A stretch of DNA of 64,000 nucleotides from Antedon mediterranea (Eukaryota > Animalia > Echinodermata). Under the pieces are notes generated by a model. It was given only the letters and a program-made list of their open reading frames with translations. It was not told the DNA's origin and searched no databases. The stretch is taken from positions 29,174,912 to 29,238,911 of the forward strand of contig NC_092675.1 in NCBI RefSeq assembly GCF_964355755.1, written 5' to 3'. Every line of letters starts with the position of its first letter. Position 1 is the stretch's first letter. Shown in pieces: positions 13,601 through 51,300 of this stretch. Made by a program: the position numbers and the translations under genes.

Positions 13601-13767
13601 AGAAAACTCTCCCAATACCGGACATTTTGGGCTAGAAACCCTTGTAATCTGAATGTGATTTTAGGCTTAATGGTAACAAAGAATTTGAGATCTTTTGGAC
13701 CACAAGAAAAGTGAGGTTTTGGGAAAGTTTCTGGTTGTCAGAATGTGCGATATTGGGAGAGTCTGTA
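13601..13767. mobile_element. pogo/Tigger-like MITE, diverged copy of the 29484-29652 family
   Basis: CAGAAAACTCTCCCAATACCGGAC...GATATTGGGAGAGTCTG(TA) inverted ends, shared with the 29484 copy. Confidence 0.55.
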
Positions 13768-14024
13768 CTTAATTTTTTTAAAGTTGTGTATAATTAAGCA
13801 AACACACCTACTGTTACTACACCTCACATAAAAATGATTATTATGAATATTTAAGTATCCTTAATTTGAATATACAGGTTGAAACATAAACTATGTAAAT
13901 TAAAAAACATAAAAAAACATTCACCACCACAAACAATAAAACAATTACCGTAAAGATATTAAAATTAACTTTGTTCAAAATCCTAATGTTTAGAAATTTA
14001 AATTTCGAACCAATAATAATCACC

Positions 14025-14135
14025 CTTAGAAAAAATTGAAATAAATGATAACATTTCTAACCAATCACAATCAATCTTAGAAAAAATTGAAATAAATGAT
14101 AACATTTCTAACCAATCACAAATCAATCTTAGAAA
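14025..14135. repeat. ~51-bp direct tandem duplication
   Basis: CTTAGAAAAAATTGAAATAAATGATAACATTTCTAACCAATCACAATCAAT occurs twice. Confidence 0.85.
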
Positions 14136-14985
14136 AACGATAGAAAAATGACAACTATAATGATATTTATAGAGAAAAAAACAAAAAATGTATTAAATTC
14201 ACATTATAATTTGATGATAAATCTAAAGTACAAAAGCCATATGAAATTTTAATATTCAAAAAGTGTAACAGTCAATAACATTAAATTATGTATGTTTAAC
14301 ATACATATCACATTTTATATAGAATCATTTATTATTTTGGATAATAAAAACCACAATATATAAACACCTTTTACAATTATCAATCTACATCAACTTGATA
14401 CATTTACTCTCTTAAAATACAGGATTAAAAATAATAAACAATATTATAATATGTTCAAGGTATAAGACTTATATAACACGATGCCCATTTAACATGTTTC
14501 TCTACTCCAACACTTTGTTTGTATATATATAATCTGGATGTGCTTTTCTGAAATGATTTTATTAATCTATTTGTGTTTAAAGTAAACAAAATAACATTAT
14601 ACTAATACTAATCTATAGGCATAGAAACTATTAGACTATTACATAATAAACGACACATGCCTTTATTCTGGTTTTTGTTGCCTATTGGCCTATAAAATAT
14701 TCCACAAATTTAGAGAATGTTAAGGAGAAAAGATACGCAACAGGTATGGTAATAAGTTTACAAGAAACATTACATGAAATAACACTTCTTACCATCACAT
14801 TCACTAAAAAAGAATTAGTACAAATAAAAATATACTCTACATCCTCACAATTACAAGTTTATCCTCAAATTATCCATGCAGGCATAGGGTTAAGCCAGTA
14901 CATTTTTATTCGCCTATCCTATTTTCTTTATCCATAGGATAAATTATTAAATTTTGGTCCTAGGCCAATCCAGCAAGCTTAATCA

Positions 14986-15091
14986 AATTCTACACTCATT
15001 GATAAGAGCTTAGGGAGTTAATAAAATAGCAGACATCGTCCCAATTCTACACTCATTCATAAGAGCTTAGGGAGTTAATAAAATAGCAGAC
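14986..15091. repeat. ~57-bp direct tandem duplication
   Basis: AATTCTACACTCATT(G/C)ATAAGAGCTTAGGGAGTTAATAAAATAGCAGAC occurs twice. Confidence 0.85.
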
Positions 15092-15307
15092 GTCATCACA
15101 ATTGTACACTAATAAATACCAAATCTGCTTATACAACAATGCTTGAATTTACTGTTTGTTTTTACTAAAGTTTCAACTGCAACACGACCTTATGGAGGAA
15201 CTGGAAGAATAAAAATGTTCAGATACTGTTTTAAGTTCTACACAACCACAAAGATTTGTCCATGAAGTAACTACATTTCAAAGTAAATTTTAGAATTGAA
15301 ATATTTT

Positions 15308-15488
15308 ATTTATACTGGGCGACCTCTTCAGTCAAAGACTGGTCTCCCAGAGGGCCCTGCCTGTTATGATCAGTGGCTGTGATGTACTAATAAACCCTAC
15401 TCGTCTAGAAATATGTACTATGTTCTTTAAAGTGCACATGAGCTAGATGTGTACACTGGACCTACGGTTTATAGTTCTTATCCAAGAA
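15308..15488 (-). mobile_element. SINE fragment (Deu/Nin-domain-like family)
   Basis: Shares ACCTCTTCAGTCAAAGACTG, TGTTATGATCAGTGGCTGTG and TTCTTTAAAGTGCACA.GAGCTAGATGTGTACACTGGA.CTACGGTTTATAGT.CTTATCC with 50310-50598 and, inverted, with 63090-63316. Confidence 0.65.
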
Positions 15489-16115
15489 GTAACACAAATA
15501 ATAACATACTGGTATTAATATTTGTATGCAGCTATTTGGTTGGCAACCTGATATATCCCACTCAAAGGTGCATTGTATTTTTAAAGTGTATCAAACTTTG
15601 CAGTATAAATTCAATGTGCAATTTGCACTCAATAGTAAAAGACTTAACAACAGTGTGATATATTCTAGCACTAAAAAATGAGTGAAAACTTTAAATATAT
15701 TTATAGTTATTTCTTACTACCTTACTGGTGTGTGTGGTATTTACCAAATTTAGTAGCAAATCCATTAACACAACAACTTTAAAATATCCAATTAAAAAAA
15801 AACATCTAAAAATGTGAATTTAAATATGATTGTGATATCACGATTCTTTAACAACTAAAACGTATATAACTTTTTAATAAAATAACATTTATTGATAAAG
15901 AAGAATGATAAATTTAAATATCAACTTTATCATAACTATCATTCAAAATTATAATCTTGATTATCAAAATTTGAATCATGATTTGACTGGGTTTCACAAC
16001 AATTGAAATGACTGCTAATTCTATTACACTAATCTTGCAAAATGTAATAGAGATCTACGATATCAAATTAAATATCTAGTCCTACAATAACCAGATTGCT
16101 AATCAATAATAGATA

Positions 16116-16282
16116 AATACCAAATCAGTATCAATCAATATCAATCAATTCCAACTCAATATCAATCAATACCAAATCAATATCAATCAATATCAATCAA
16201 TACCAAATCAATATCAATCAATACAAAGTCAATACCAAAACAATATCAATCAATACCAAAACAATATCAATCAATACTAAAT
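16116..16282. repeat. Compound microsatellite of ATCAAT/ACCAAATCAAT units
   Basis: Directly visible low-complexity tandem array. Confidence 0.85.
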
Positions 16283-17125
16283 CAATATCAATCAATACCA
16301 AATAACTTTTTGTCAACTGCCTAATCAATTTTGACAAACTTAATATAAACTGTAATATGGCAAGGATCCAGTTTGCATGGTTTATAAAGATCTCTAGTTT
16401 TACTGTATTTCAATGCAGCATATGGACAAACAGAAAAACTGCAGCATTGTAATGTTTAATGTAATGGGGGTTTGCGACATATACATAGCACCATGTAAGG
16501 GGAACTCACTTAACTAATGCGAGATGTTAAAGTACCGAATGTCATGCAGCATTGCACATTGATATACTTAATTACTACAACAACATATTTATTGTACGCA
16601 ATGTGTATAAAAGTATTAAACAATTATGTAAAATGATATTTTAATAATTAATACTTTGATTCATTTACATTGTAACACTTACTTCTTTTGATTGAAATTA
16701 CACGATTTTATAATTCATGTTTCATGCTGTTTTAAATTAAAATATGAATAATGTTTTAAATTGAGAAAGCAATTAAGTCCAGATTAAAACAGACATTCAA
16801 GAATGCCACTGAAATGTAAATTGCACATTTAAAAGATAAAACAGCAGCTATTTGTATCTTGAACAAATGCAGAATTTAAATCTATATTTTTGTAAATAGA
16901 CATTAGATGTACCTCATTCGTAGAAAAGACTTCATTTTCACACCTGGTTGATGGTTTATAAACCTTATGAATATTTAAATGAGGTATTTGTCCTTCATTG
17001 TTAGTACATTTTACATTACGTATTAAAATAAATAGTTTCACACACACACATTTATTATAAATGGAAATGGCAATTTATCTAGAATATTATTTTTTAATTT
17101 AAGAATCATTTATACTACCAGGTCC

Positions 17126-40907
<23,782 letters not shown>

Positions 40908-41720
40908 TATGATATCCTTTACCGTTTCTATTATCAATCCGAGGTTTTCTATTCAATTGAAGACAGTCTAGCCTGTCATTTTCCCACACAAATTCCACGA
41001 TCAATTTAGTGGATCGTAGTAGAATTTAACCAACCACTACAAAAGACAAAAATACCCGACAAGTGTGGTGGTGGCTGGCGTCGATCACATGACCCGCACA
41101 CGCTTCTCTGATTGGAAATTTATTTTTCACACAGTCTCAATAGCTTTAGACGGGGGTGGTAGTAGTCGAGTAGAGTACGTACAAAAACAACATAGAAAGT
41201 CAAGTTATTGCTAAATATACTATATCACTGTATGAGTCATTTAATTTGACACGTGAAACAAAAAGGGATTTCCCGCGTGGGTTTTGGCGTTTCAATTCTA
41301 GATAATCTGCCTACATCCTGTTTCTTGACAATATGACTTTTGAACACATTACTTGTCACTTGACAATTTTCTGAGGACTTTTACATTATTAATTTCTCTG
41401 ATAGTGATAGCGCGTTATTAAAATGTGAAAATAGTATTGAATTGAACAAATTGATACTTCCATTAAATAAATAACAAATGAGTACTGACCCTCGTATAAA
41501 CTAACGAGCGGGTGGATCCGAGGATCCCGGCCCCGAGTCCAGTCCGGTCATAAAATAAAAGGCGCGAAAACTAAATATGGCGCGAAATCACAATTCAGAC
41601 ATTCAGTGAAGTCATAAGTGGAATTTCTGGGCGTCCCATCAGTAATACTACAAATTATATCAAAATGGACGGCCCGGTGGTGTGCCCGTCGCATAATCTT
41701 AAAAACCTCTCCGCTCAAAT
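40908..41720. promoter_or_regulatory. DOT1L 5' UTR and promoter region
   Basis: CpG-retaining region upstream of the ATG. Contains a reverse CCAAT (CTGATTGG, ~41108), E-box CACGTG (~41250), GGGATTTCCCGCG (41265) and two E2F-type GGCGCGAAA (41561, 41579). Confidence 0.6.
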
Positions 41721-43061
41721 AAAAAAAAATGTTTTGGCAGGCTAAAGAATTGTCTCAGAACACAAAACATGGAATAATGTTTTCACTTGTAAAATGAAAA
41801 AATAAATGGTTAAATGAAACCCACTGGATGGCAGCCAATTTTACTATTTTGTCCCAGATTCAATTTTGGTCAAACTAGGGCCTATGTGACATTAAAATAG
41901 CACTATTATAGGCCTACAACAAATAGGCCTACAGTTTTAAGAATTATTTTTTCAGGGGGACATAAATCTTTTTTAAAACTATGCTCTGACTCGCGACTAG
42001 TTAATCTTTTTTTGAATCAATTTTTTTATTTATAAAACTAAATAAATGAATATTATCGGTTGTTTAATTTCGATCAATGATTTTAATATTTCATAGACAT
42101 GCGTAGGTTTGCGACGATAACGGAATACGGAAGAAGATACAACTAGTAGGCCTAACCGTTGCGTAGGAGTAGCAGTGACGGTCACTCCGTGAACCGAACG
42201 AATTCATGAGATCGAATATGTGTGGAAAGGTGATGATAGAGAAGGGTATAGTATTTCTCGATTAAATTTTAAATATCGTACATCAATGGTAAATGGTTAT
42301 TCATAATAGGCGGCTCGAACCGTTTTTTATTTTATTGTTACCACTGATAACATTGGATAAAAATAGATGGCGTAACATAACATTTGATGACATTCACCGG
42401 ACGATTATCCTGACGCTAATATTTCAACTTCTCAAAAAAGTGAAATTCGGTGATGAACAAAAAAGTACGACAGATTTGGGTGGCATGGGGGCGGTATAAC
42501 TAAACCGATTATCTGTGAGAACGGCCATTTCCAATATAAAATTACTGTATATCTATTGAATTCCAATTATCGATCTGTTTCCCCTATGTTTAATAATTTT
42601 TTGGGATTTTTTTATACACATTCATTTCTTTAAACAAGCCCTTTCTTATGATAAGGGATAGTCGAAAGTTGTATAGGTATAGCTCAACTACCCGAAAATA
42701 ATCCTTGTTTTTTTGTAGAAACGTTGTAGAGAATATTTACAAAAATTATGAAAAAAAAAACAAAAGGTAATTTAACTTGAATTTTACGTTTTGGCGTTTT
42801 ATTCAACTTCAGATTTTTATTTTCGCGCTGAATCAAAATGTTTTTAAAATCTAAATTATCCACCATATACGTCACTTTCTCAGAAACGTAAGTATCTGAA
42901 CTCATAATAAACTATGTAAATTAACCAAATATTATTATGATTTTATAATGATAAAAAAGGTGTACTTCATAATGTTTGGTCGCTGCGCACTTGAAATATG
43001 TCAAGTTTAACTTATGAGTTACTCAGGAAAAAAACATGCAATAGGCCGGAATATAAAATAA

Positions 43062-44326
43062 ACTCAGAAACATACATTAGAATGTTCACCTAAAATTGTC
43101 AAGTTTATGTCATTCTCCTACGAGTTACTCAGAAACACACACACAACATTTGAATGTTCACCTAAAATAGTGTCTAGTTTATGTCATTCTCCTACGAGTT
43201 ACTCAGAAACATATAACATTAGAATGTTCCCCTAAAATAGTGTCAAGTTTATGTCATTCTCCTACGAGTTACTCAGAAACATACACACATTAGAATGTTC
43301 ACCTAAAATAGTGTCAAGTTTATGTCATTCTCCTACGAGTTACTCAGAAACAAACACACAACATTAGAATGTTCACCTAAAATAGTGTCTAGTTTATGTC
43401 ATTCTCCTACGAGTTACTCAGAAACACACACACAACATTTGAATGTTCACCTAAAATAGTGTCTAGTTTATGTCATTCTCCTACGAGTTACTCAGAAACA
43501 TATAACATTAGAATGTTCACCTAAAAATAGTTTCAAGTTTATGTCATTCTCCTACGAGTTACTCAGAAACAAACACAACATTAGAATGTTCACCTAAAAT
43601 AGTGTCTAGTTTATGTCATTCTCCTACGAGTTACCCAGAAACAAACACACAACATTGAAATGTTCACCTAAAATAGTGTCTAGTTTATGTCATTCTCCTA
43701 CGAGTTACTCAGAAACAAACACACAATATTCAAATGTTCACCTAAAATAGTGTCTAGTTTATGTCATTCTCCTACGAGTTACTCAGAAACACACACACAC
43801 ATTAGAATGTTCACCTAAAATAGTGTCTAGTTTATGTCATTCTCCTACGAGTTACTCAGAAACATACACACAACATTAGAATGTTCACCTAAAATAGTGT
43901 CTAGTTTATGTCATTCTCCTACGAGTTACTCAGAAACTAACACACAACATTAGAATGTTCACCTAAAATAGTGTCTAGTTTATGTCATTCTCCTACGAGT
44001 TACTCAGAAACATACACACATTAGAATGTTCACCTAAAATAGTGTCAAGTTTATGTCATGCTCCTACGAGTTACTCAGAACCAAACACACAACATTAGAA
44101 TATTCACCTAAAATAGTGTCAAGTTTATGTCATTCTCCTACGAGTTACTCAGAAACAAACACACAACATTAGAATGTTCACCTAAAATAGTGTCTAGTTT
44201 ATGTCATTCTCCTACGAGTTACTCAGAAACTAACACACATTAGAATGTTCACCTAAAATAGTGTCAAGTTTATGTCATTCTCCTACGAGTTACTCAGAAA
44301 CACACACACAACATTAGAATGTTCAC
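43062..44326. repeat. Tandem array of 17 full units of ~70-74 bp: conserved core plus variable (AC)n linker
   Basis: The core ACATTAGAATGTTCACCTAAAATAGTGTC(T/A)AGTTTATGTCATTCTCCTACGAGTTACTCAGAAAC was counted 17 times, plus a partial terminal unit. Confidence 0.95.
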
Positions 44327-45377
44327 TGAAGCATAGCTTAAAAACATCTTTATCATTTTGTAATTAGAATTGACATTCCAAGAAATCCTTCAGCGAAAAA
44401 TCACATCTAAATTTCTTCTTTATTCACGCAATTAAGGCTTCTGATGACAAAGTTCAAATATCGGACAACTCAAGCAGACAGTGACTGTTTTAACTATTTT
44501 TATTATTTATTTACATTATTATATACATATGACATGCATAGAAATATATATATATACTGTATATATATAATTTTGTTACTGTATTTTAAAGCCAGCTTGA
44601 CGTTCCTTCATGTGTGTTCATTTTCTACATAATCATGTAAAAGCTATATATTTTTGTAAAATTTTAAATTAAAAAAAAATTATAACATGAATAAGCTTTG
44701 TACAGATTTGGCTTTTAATATATTTAATCCCTGGTGGAGGCTATGTCTGAAAATGAATGACAATAAGTTAAAATTAGTAAAATAAGGTATTAAGAATTGA
44801 ATGTTTGGTATATGAGATATATATTTTACTTTTATGTGCAGTTGCCAAGCAACAACTTTTTTAATTGTGCTTGTAATTAATTTAATTAATTTTCTAAATA
44901 ATTATACTAAACAATTTAAAGTATAATGAGCGAAACCGGACAACCGCAAGTTAAATCCGTGCGGAAAACCAAAAATGGAAGGCTGATGCCAATACAATAT
45001 TGAAAAAAAAAATGTGCTTTAATGTAATTTATAATAAAGTGTGAAATATATAGAAACAATATTCTTAAAAACAGTTAACCATTGTCATATTCAATTGGGA
45101 ACTTTCGCAATCAACATAAAGATTCGTTGAGTACGTTTTGTAAATGTTTTTCGTTAAGAATACTCCGTCAATGGAAAAACTATACTCAACGGTAAAAGTC
45201 CTAATTGAATACGACAATTTTGTCGAGCACATCCATTCAATTTCTTAAAAATATATAAAAATCAGAATTGTTGAGCTCTTCTACTCCAGTTCAATTTCTG
45301 TACTCTTGGACAATATCAAATTTTTTTTTTTTTTTTTCTTCTCCTATTTAAAAAAAAAAATCAATCAACCATCATGA

Positions 45378-48300
45378 TCAGACTGTTTTTATTTGATCAT
45401 GTGACTTGTGATGAAATACAAACGAGACGCTAGTTTGCCACGCCCCTTTCAGTATGCAATCTGTGACTCCTCGCTTATCAGCACAATGGTTCCACTGAGA
45501 GAGGTCGCTGTTGCAATCCGAACCCTCTGGTGGAAGACCTGTTTGGATGTTATTCACACACCTGCGACACTTAAACCTACAAAGGATAGAAATTAAAAGA
45601 ACCAAAACATTTTTATAAAGTTTTTGATAATTACTATAGCGCCCTTTTCATGAATAATCATGCACAAAGGCGCTTTACATAGCAAATTATTACCCTGGTG
45701 ATTAAAAGCACTGTCTACACTATCAAACTTTATGTGACAAAAAAATGGTATGTGGCCATATATGGACATGATGTCATATCACTACCAAATTTGGGCATAT
45801 CACTACCATATTTGGACACATCATACTAGTTGATAGTGTAGACAGACACATGTAAAATATGTTGAATCTTACTTATCGTGTGTGTCACTCAAAGTGTCTT
45901 GGTTAAGCTTGAATAAATGTCGTAGATCCTCCAGGGAGAAGTGCCTTTCAACGTCACCTTCATTGTCAACCACACAGCTACTTAACGCTTTCTTGTGAGC
46001 CTGCCGTTGCAAGATCTTTTCCTCAATTGTTCCGGTCTGTCACAACAAAAGATTAACATTTACAATATCACAAATGTACTGTAGCTTTTACAATAATAGT
46101 TAACAAAAAGACCACTGTAGCCGTATTCACCAATCACACTTAAGTGAGGTATTTCCCTTAAATATTAAGTATTTCACTTAACTCAATAAATATTTAGGTA
46201 TTTCCCTTAAATTGTATTCACTTAGATAGGAGATTGAGTTTTTCCCTTAGCCTAAGTGTGAATGGTGAATATGGCCACTGGTTCCCAATAGACATGGTTA
46301 TGAAATTATTAACATTGTACAAAAATGTGTACACTAGGCTATAATTATTGGTCTTATACCAACATCGTATTTTTTTAAACATTTACAATGTACTGTCAGT
46401 ATATTATGCAACACATTTGCAAGGTAGTCAAAATTGGAGCTGTAGCTTGGTGGTAAACATGCTTGCCTTTACTTCCAAAGGTACAGGGTTCAATTCTGAC
46501 CTAGTGCTATAGGGTTTTGATTTGATTTGATTTATTCAATATCGGCTCATTACAATTACAACAGAATACATAAAAATATATAATGAAACAAAAAGCCAGG
46601 ATTGTCAAAAGCGAATCCAATCACTGTTTAAAGACTTTCCTTTAACATAAATAAAATATAATATAAATATAAAATAAATGACGAAAAAAAAATTGTAACT
46701 CACAACTGTTTCTACTCCACTCCCTAAGCCGCAAATGAGAATTTATAAGCAAAATATAGATTATGCTGTAATTTACATGCTGTTGCATGTGTATGATCAA
46801 TTCTATTTCACATATTTTTTCATTTCAAATGAAAAAAAGAATGTGTTTAGTTTTGTTTCGAAAGAACAAAAAAGGAGTACTTGAGAAGCCTTACTGATAC
46901 TAGTCTATAAATGTAACAAGGTTTCTTTTGTCCATCTCTCCAGACCCGTGCCATTGCTTGATCGTCATTGGCTGGGTTCCAGTCAGGATCAAACATCACA
47001 AGTCTGTTTGCACCAATCAGATTAAGGCCACACCCACCAGCTTTGCTGCTCAACATGAAGATATATTCTGGACTCTAGAACACAAAAGGACAATATTGTG
47101 CATAAGTAAATTCTTAATAGAGAGGTTTCGCAACGGTATGACTGCGATAACAAAAAAGTATTCGTTTTCGTAAGCCTGTTAAATTCTGTTTTGCACAGTA
47201 ACAAAATATTGAGGCCGCTGTCCAAACTATGACAGCGATAAATTTGAACAAAATGTAGGTACCCGTTGCTTGGCTGTATGGGCCTAGCGTAAAATCAGAG
47301 TGATTTAAACTTTAAAAACTGCTGTATATAAAAATTGACCTCACATTTTTAGTATTTTGACAAATAAAGTATTGATAGGTTTAAATAACTTAATCTGATG
47401 GATATCTTTTGATTCTGTGCGTGTCTATGTGACAAGGTGGGCGTATGTTCCAACACTTACCCTGGGGTCATTGAACTTCTCAACAATCTTAGCCCGCTTC
47501 TTTATAGACATTGATCCATCCAAGCGTACAAAGATATACCTAGAAAAAAAAAAGACTTTTACTTTAAACACTAAACATAAAATAATTATTGAGTGCTTGA
47601 TAGCTTACTTAGTTTTTAGATAGTTTTATGAAAATTGGCTTTCTCATTAACCATACCAGTTTAGCTATTGTAGCGGCGATAATTGGTTTTTTGTGCTGAA
47701 GCTACAAAATTGCACAATTAAATTACATATTTTTGTCCTTCAAACATGATATCCATTAAAAAAAAATTAGTTATTTTTTTTGGAAACCGATTTTTTGCCA
47801 TGTAAATTTGTTAGTAAAACATAATTACGCATATCATTAACCTACCCCCTAAGCCTGGATAGCCTCTCAAATAGATCCAGTGTCTGTGTGTAGTTAGACA
47901 CAAGTACCACCTTGTCACTTGTTGTACTCTTCACCATGGCTAGAATGTAGTCTAGTACAAGAATTTTCCCTGTAGAAAATGCAAATACAAAGAATATCAT
48001 GACTTAATCGCTCTAAAGCTCCGTCTACACTATTAAATTTATAGACATGATGATGTCATACCACTACCATATTTGGGCACATCATACTTTTTTTTCAAAC
48101 TAGTTTTATAGTGTAGACAGAGCTTAACAAATTAATTTTAAACATCAAAGGTATCATACTGGTTGATGAACACCAAGTACAGAAATTGTTTTAAGCTACT
48201 ACACTATCAAACTTTATGCGACAAAAAAATGTGATATGCCCATATGGTCATGATAATGTCATATCACTACTATATTTAAGCATATCACTACCATATTTAG

Positions 48301-51300
48301 GCACAGCACACTTTTTTTGCCAAACTAGTTTGATATTGTAGACAGAGCGTTATATAGAGCAGCGTAGCATATTTATTGATGGTTTGTGATCAATATGTTG
48401 TATTACAAACTGTGGATCGAGGTTCATTAAAATTCAAAGATGTATGGCTCCTTACCTGATAAATCTGGACGAACAATGTTAGGATTATAATTATCAGGAA
48501 ATAAACTTAGCATTCCTTCAAATCCATCTTTCCCAATTTTACATTTCTCATAAATAAGTGAAGGATCTGACAAAAAAATTTCTAAAAGTTAGTATTGATT
48601 GATTGGATGTGTGAAAAGATCATTTCATCAAAGGCAGCATAGATGGTTATCCTATAGTGCTAGGATAAAAACTTGTTAGATTTCTTTTGTTTTATGTATG
48701 AATAAATATATTTATCTATCTAAATGGGCTTTTACATTCTTCTGTACAATAACATTGGTGACAAGGCAATAAACACAATGTGGTTTTTAATACTGTATAT
48801 TGTATAGGCTTACTAACCATTGCAAAGTTTCTTAAGATGAGTGATTGCAGATAGGGATGACACGCTAACTTTTCCATTACTTGTAATTTCAGTACTTTTT
48901 GACTTGACAAACCGTCTGTAAAGTTCACTTTGTAGTGGTGTTAGCCGGCAACACACAACTTGTTCAACTAAAAATAGAAATGAACGGAAACTACATGATT
49001 GATATATTTCATTCACTAGATTGTGATGCTTACTTTGATATGAAATTAAAGGCTCTCTTAAGCTCTGTCTACACTATCAAACAAGTTTCATCATCATGTC
49101 CATATATGTGCACATCACATATTTTTTTATCACATAACGTTTGATAGTGTAGACAAGATTTAATACCCTTTTCAAACAAAAAGTAACAACTTATAACAAG
49201 GTTTGCATAGTGTGAAGACAATTTCCTGGAAATTCTGCCAAGATTTCACAAGGGACCCATGTAAAATCTTTGGAAAAAAACACACCGGTGAGAATATATT
49301 TTAAGATTTTACAAAAGAAATGAACAATAAATAAATCAACTTACTTTTAATTGGCAAGTACTTGGACAAAATTGATGCCGTCCTTCGAATAATGCAGCGG
49401 TTCACTAGCTTTGCTAACTGTACAATAAAAATGTGTTAACATCAATAACTATAAAAGTAATATTGGAATTCAGTATAACAAGTTGGAATAAAAATTAAAC
49501 ACACAAAATAAATATTTGGTTGTTTTAGGGTCTAGCAAGACCAACATTTAAACGTTTAAAGTACTTAAAGTGTCTCGCATTATGAAACTTGCATTTGAAA
49601 AATACAGCCCAGCAGAAGCAACAAACTAAGGATGAAGCAAGCTACCTTAAATAGTAAAATGTATTCATATATAGGATTCATAGTTCATAGGATTTAAATG
49701 CGGAGGTGTTTTACACAAATATGGGACATTATTTATTTTTTTAAATGTCAAATACAAAAATAAGTTATTTTCAGGTTGCAAATTTCAGAAAGTATACATC
49801 TACCCAAACCAAGTTTAATCTCTTTATTCATCTAAACAATAACAAAAAGGACAAACAAATTAAAAGATGAAAGGGGCTTGTGATAGGAGGCCCACTAAAA
49901 ACTAGTTACATTAAGATAAAAAAATAAATAAATACATTTAAAAAAAACCTGTATAGATGAATGGACCATGACAGGATCAACATGGCATTGTTAAGGAATA
50001 CCACTGACAGGACAAGCAGATTACAGGTCAGGTAAAAGAAATTAAAAAAACTAGTTTCAGTAATTTCGTACAAAAAAACCATTATTACCGCCTACCTCCT
50101 CTAGCTTCTCCTGCCCTTTTTTCCTCATAGAATCAGAAGCGTCCGCATCCCGACCACGTAAAATTGGAAGTTCAAATCGTTTCTTAAATTCTTGAGAAGT
50201 ACCTAAGTTTAAAGCAACGCCAAAATCAGAATGTATTTACACCTGAAGTTAATATCATTTTCCTTTGTAATATGTGTAAATTAACTAATGACAACTAAAT
50301 TCAATTGAATTTATTATTTCTTTATACTGGGTAACCTCTTCAGTCAAAGACTGTTATGATCAGTGGCTGTGTGTGTACTATTACACCTGGCTAACCCCCT
50401 ACTCGTTTCAAAAGATGTACTAGTTTCTTTAAAGTGCACAGGAGCTAGATGTGTACACTGGAGCTACGGTTTATAGTACTTATCCGAGACTAGTTCTACC
50501 ACCGGAATCATGGAGGGGTGAGCCTCACAACCCTTGCCGATGTTATGGCTACGTAATTATGCTTCCACCGTCTTAACCGCCCGGCCACTCACTCGCTCAA
50601 TTAAATGTTAAGAATGGGAAAATGTTTATAATAATCCTATTGTTGAAAATGTTTATGGTAAAATTCTCAAATGTTAAAAGAAAGATCCACACCTAAAATG
50701 CCAGTATTGACAAAGTGTACAAGGCTGAAATACTCCAGAAGATCATTTTGAATTGGCGTGCCAGACAGTAGAACACGTCTTTTAGCATTTAATGCATTCA
50801 ATGCTAGGTAAGTCTGGTTTTCAGAGTTCTTCAGTCTATGTCCCTGTTTTGAAATATAAAAATGGAACATAAAAACTTTGTTTGCTGTATATGAAAAGAG
50901 ACGTTGCCAAAACTACTGTATAGAGGGCGCTATTAAAACATTCTTAGACATATGGGTTAATAGTAACCTTTCCAGGCACGGCAAAGGTGGAAAATATGTA
51001 GGAAAACAAATGCTTTATCTTTAGTTAACAAATGAGTGCTTAATAATAATCCTAAAATAATAAATTTATACATTATCGGGATGTTTTTTCCATAACAAAT
51101 ATTATCTGGAGAAATGGGCTCTTCAGCAGGAGGTTGACTAAAACTATCAGGAACTGAGCTGGGAAATTTGAAAACTAGGAATTAAATAGCTAACCTCATC
51201 GCATAAGACCAAGCCAACGGAGCCTTTATGAAGGACGGAAGCATGTAGACGGAAAGTTTCGTAAGACAAGATCAAGACCGGATTGGCTGCACGTCTCCTT

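Noticed and set aside
40908-40937. Upstream in-frame LIIETVK resembling the DOT1L IIETIR motif
   Set aside because: The real motif is in exon 2 (EIVDTIR). The match is short, has no ATG and is probably chance.
43062-44326. CRISPR-like array (repeat plus variable spacer)
   Set aside because: The repeat is ~65 bp and the linkers are only 5-9 nt of AC microsatellite, not unique spacers. There are no cas genes and the context is spliceosomal eukaryotic.
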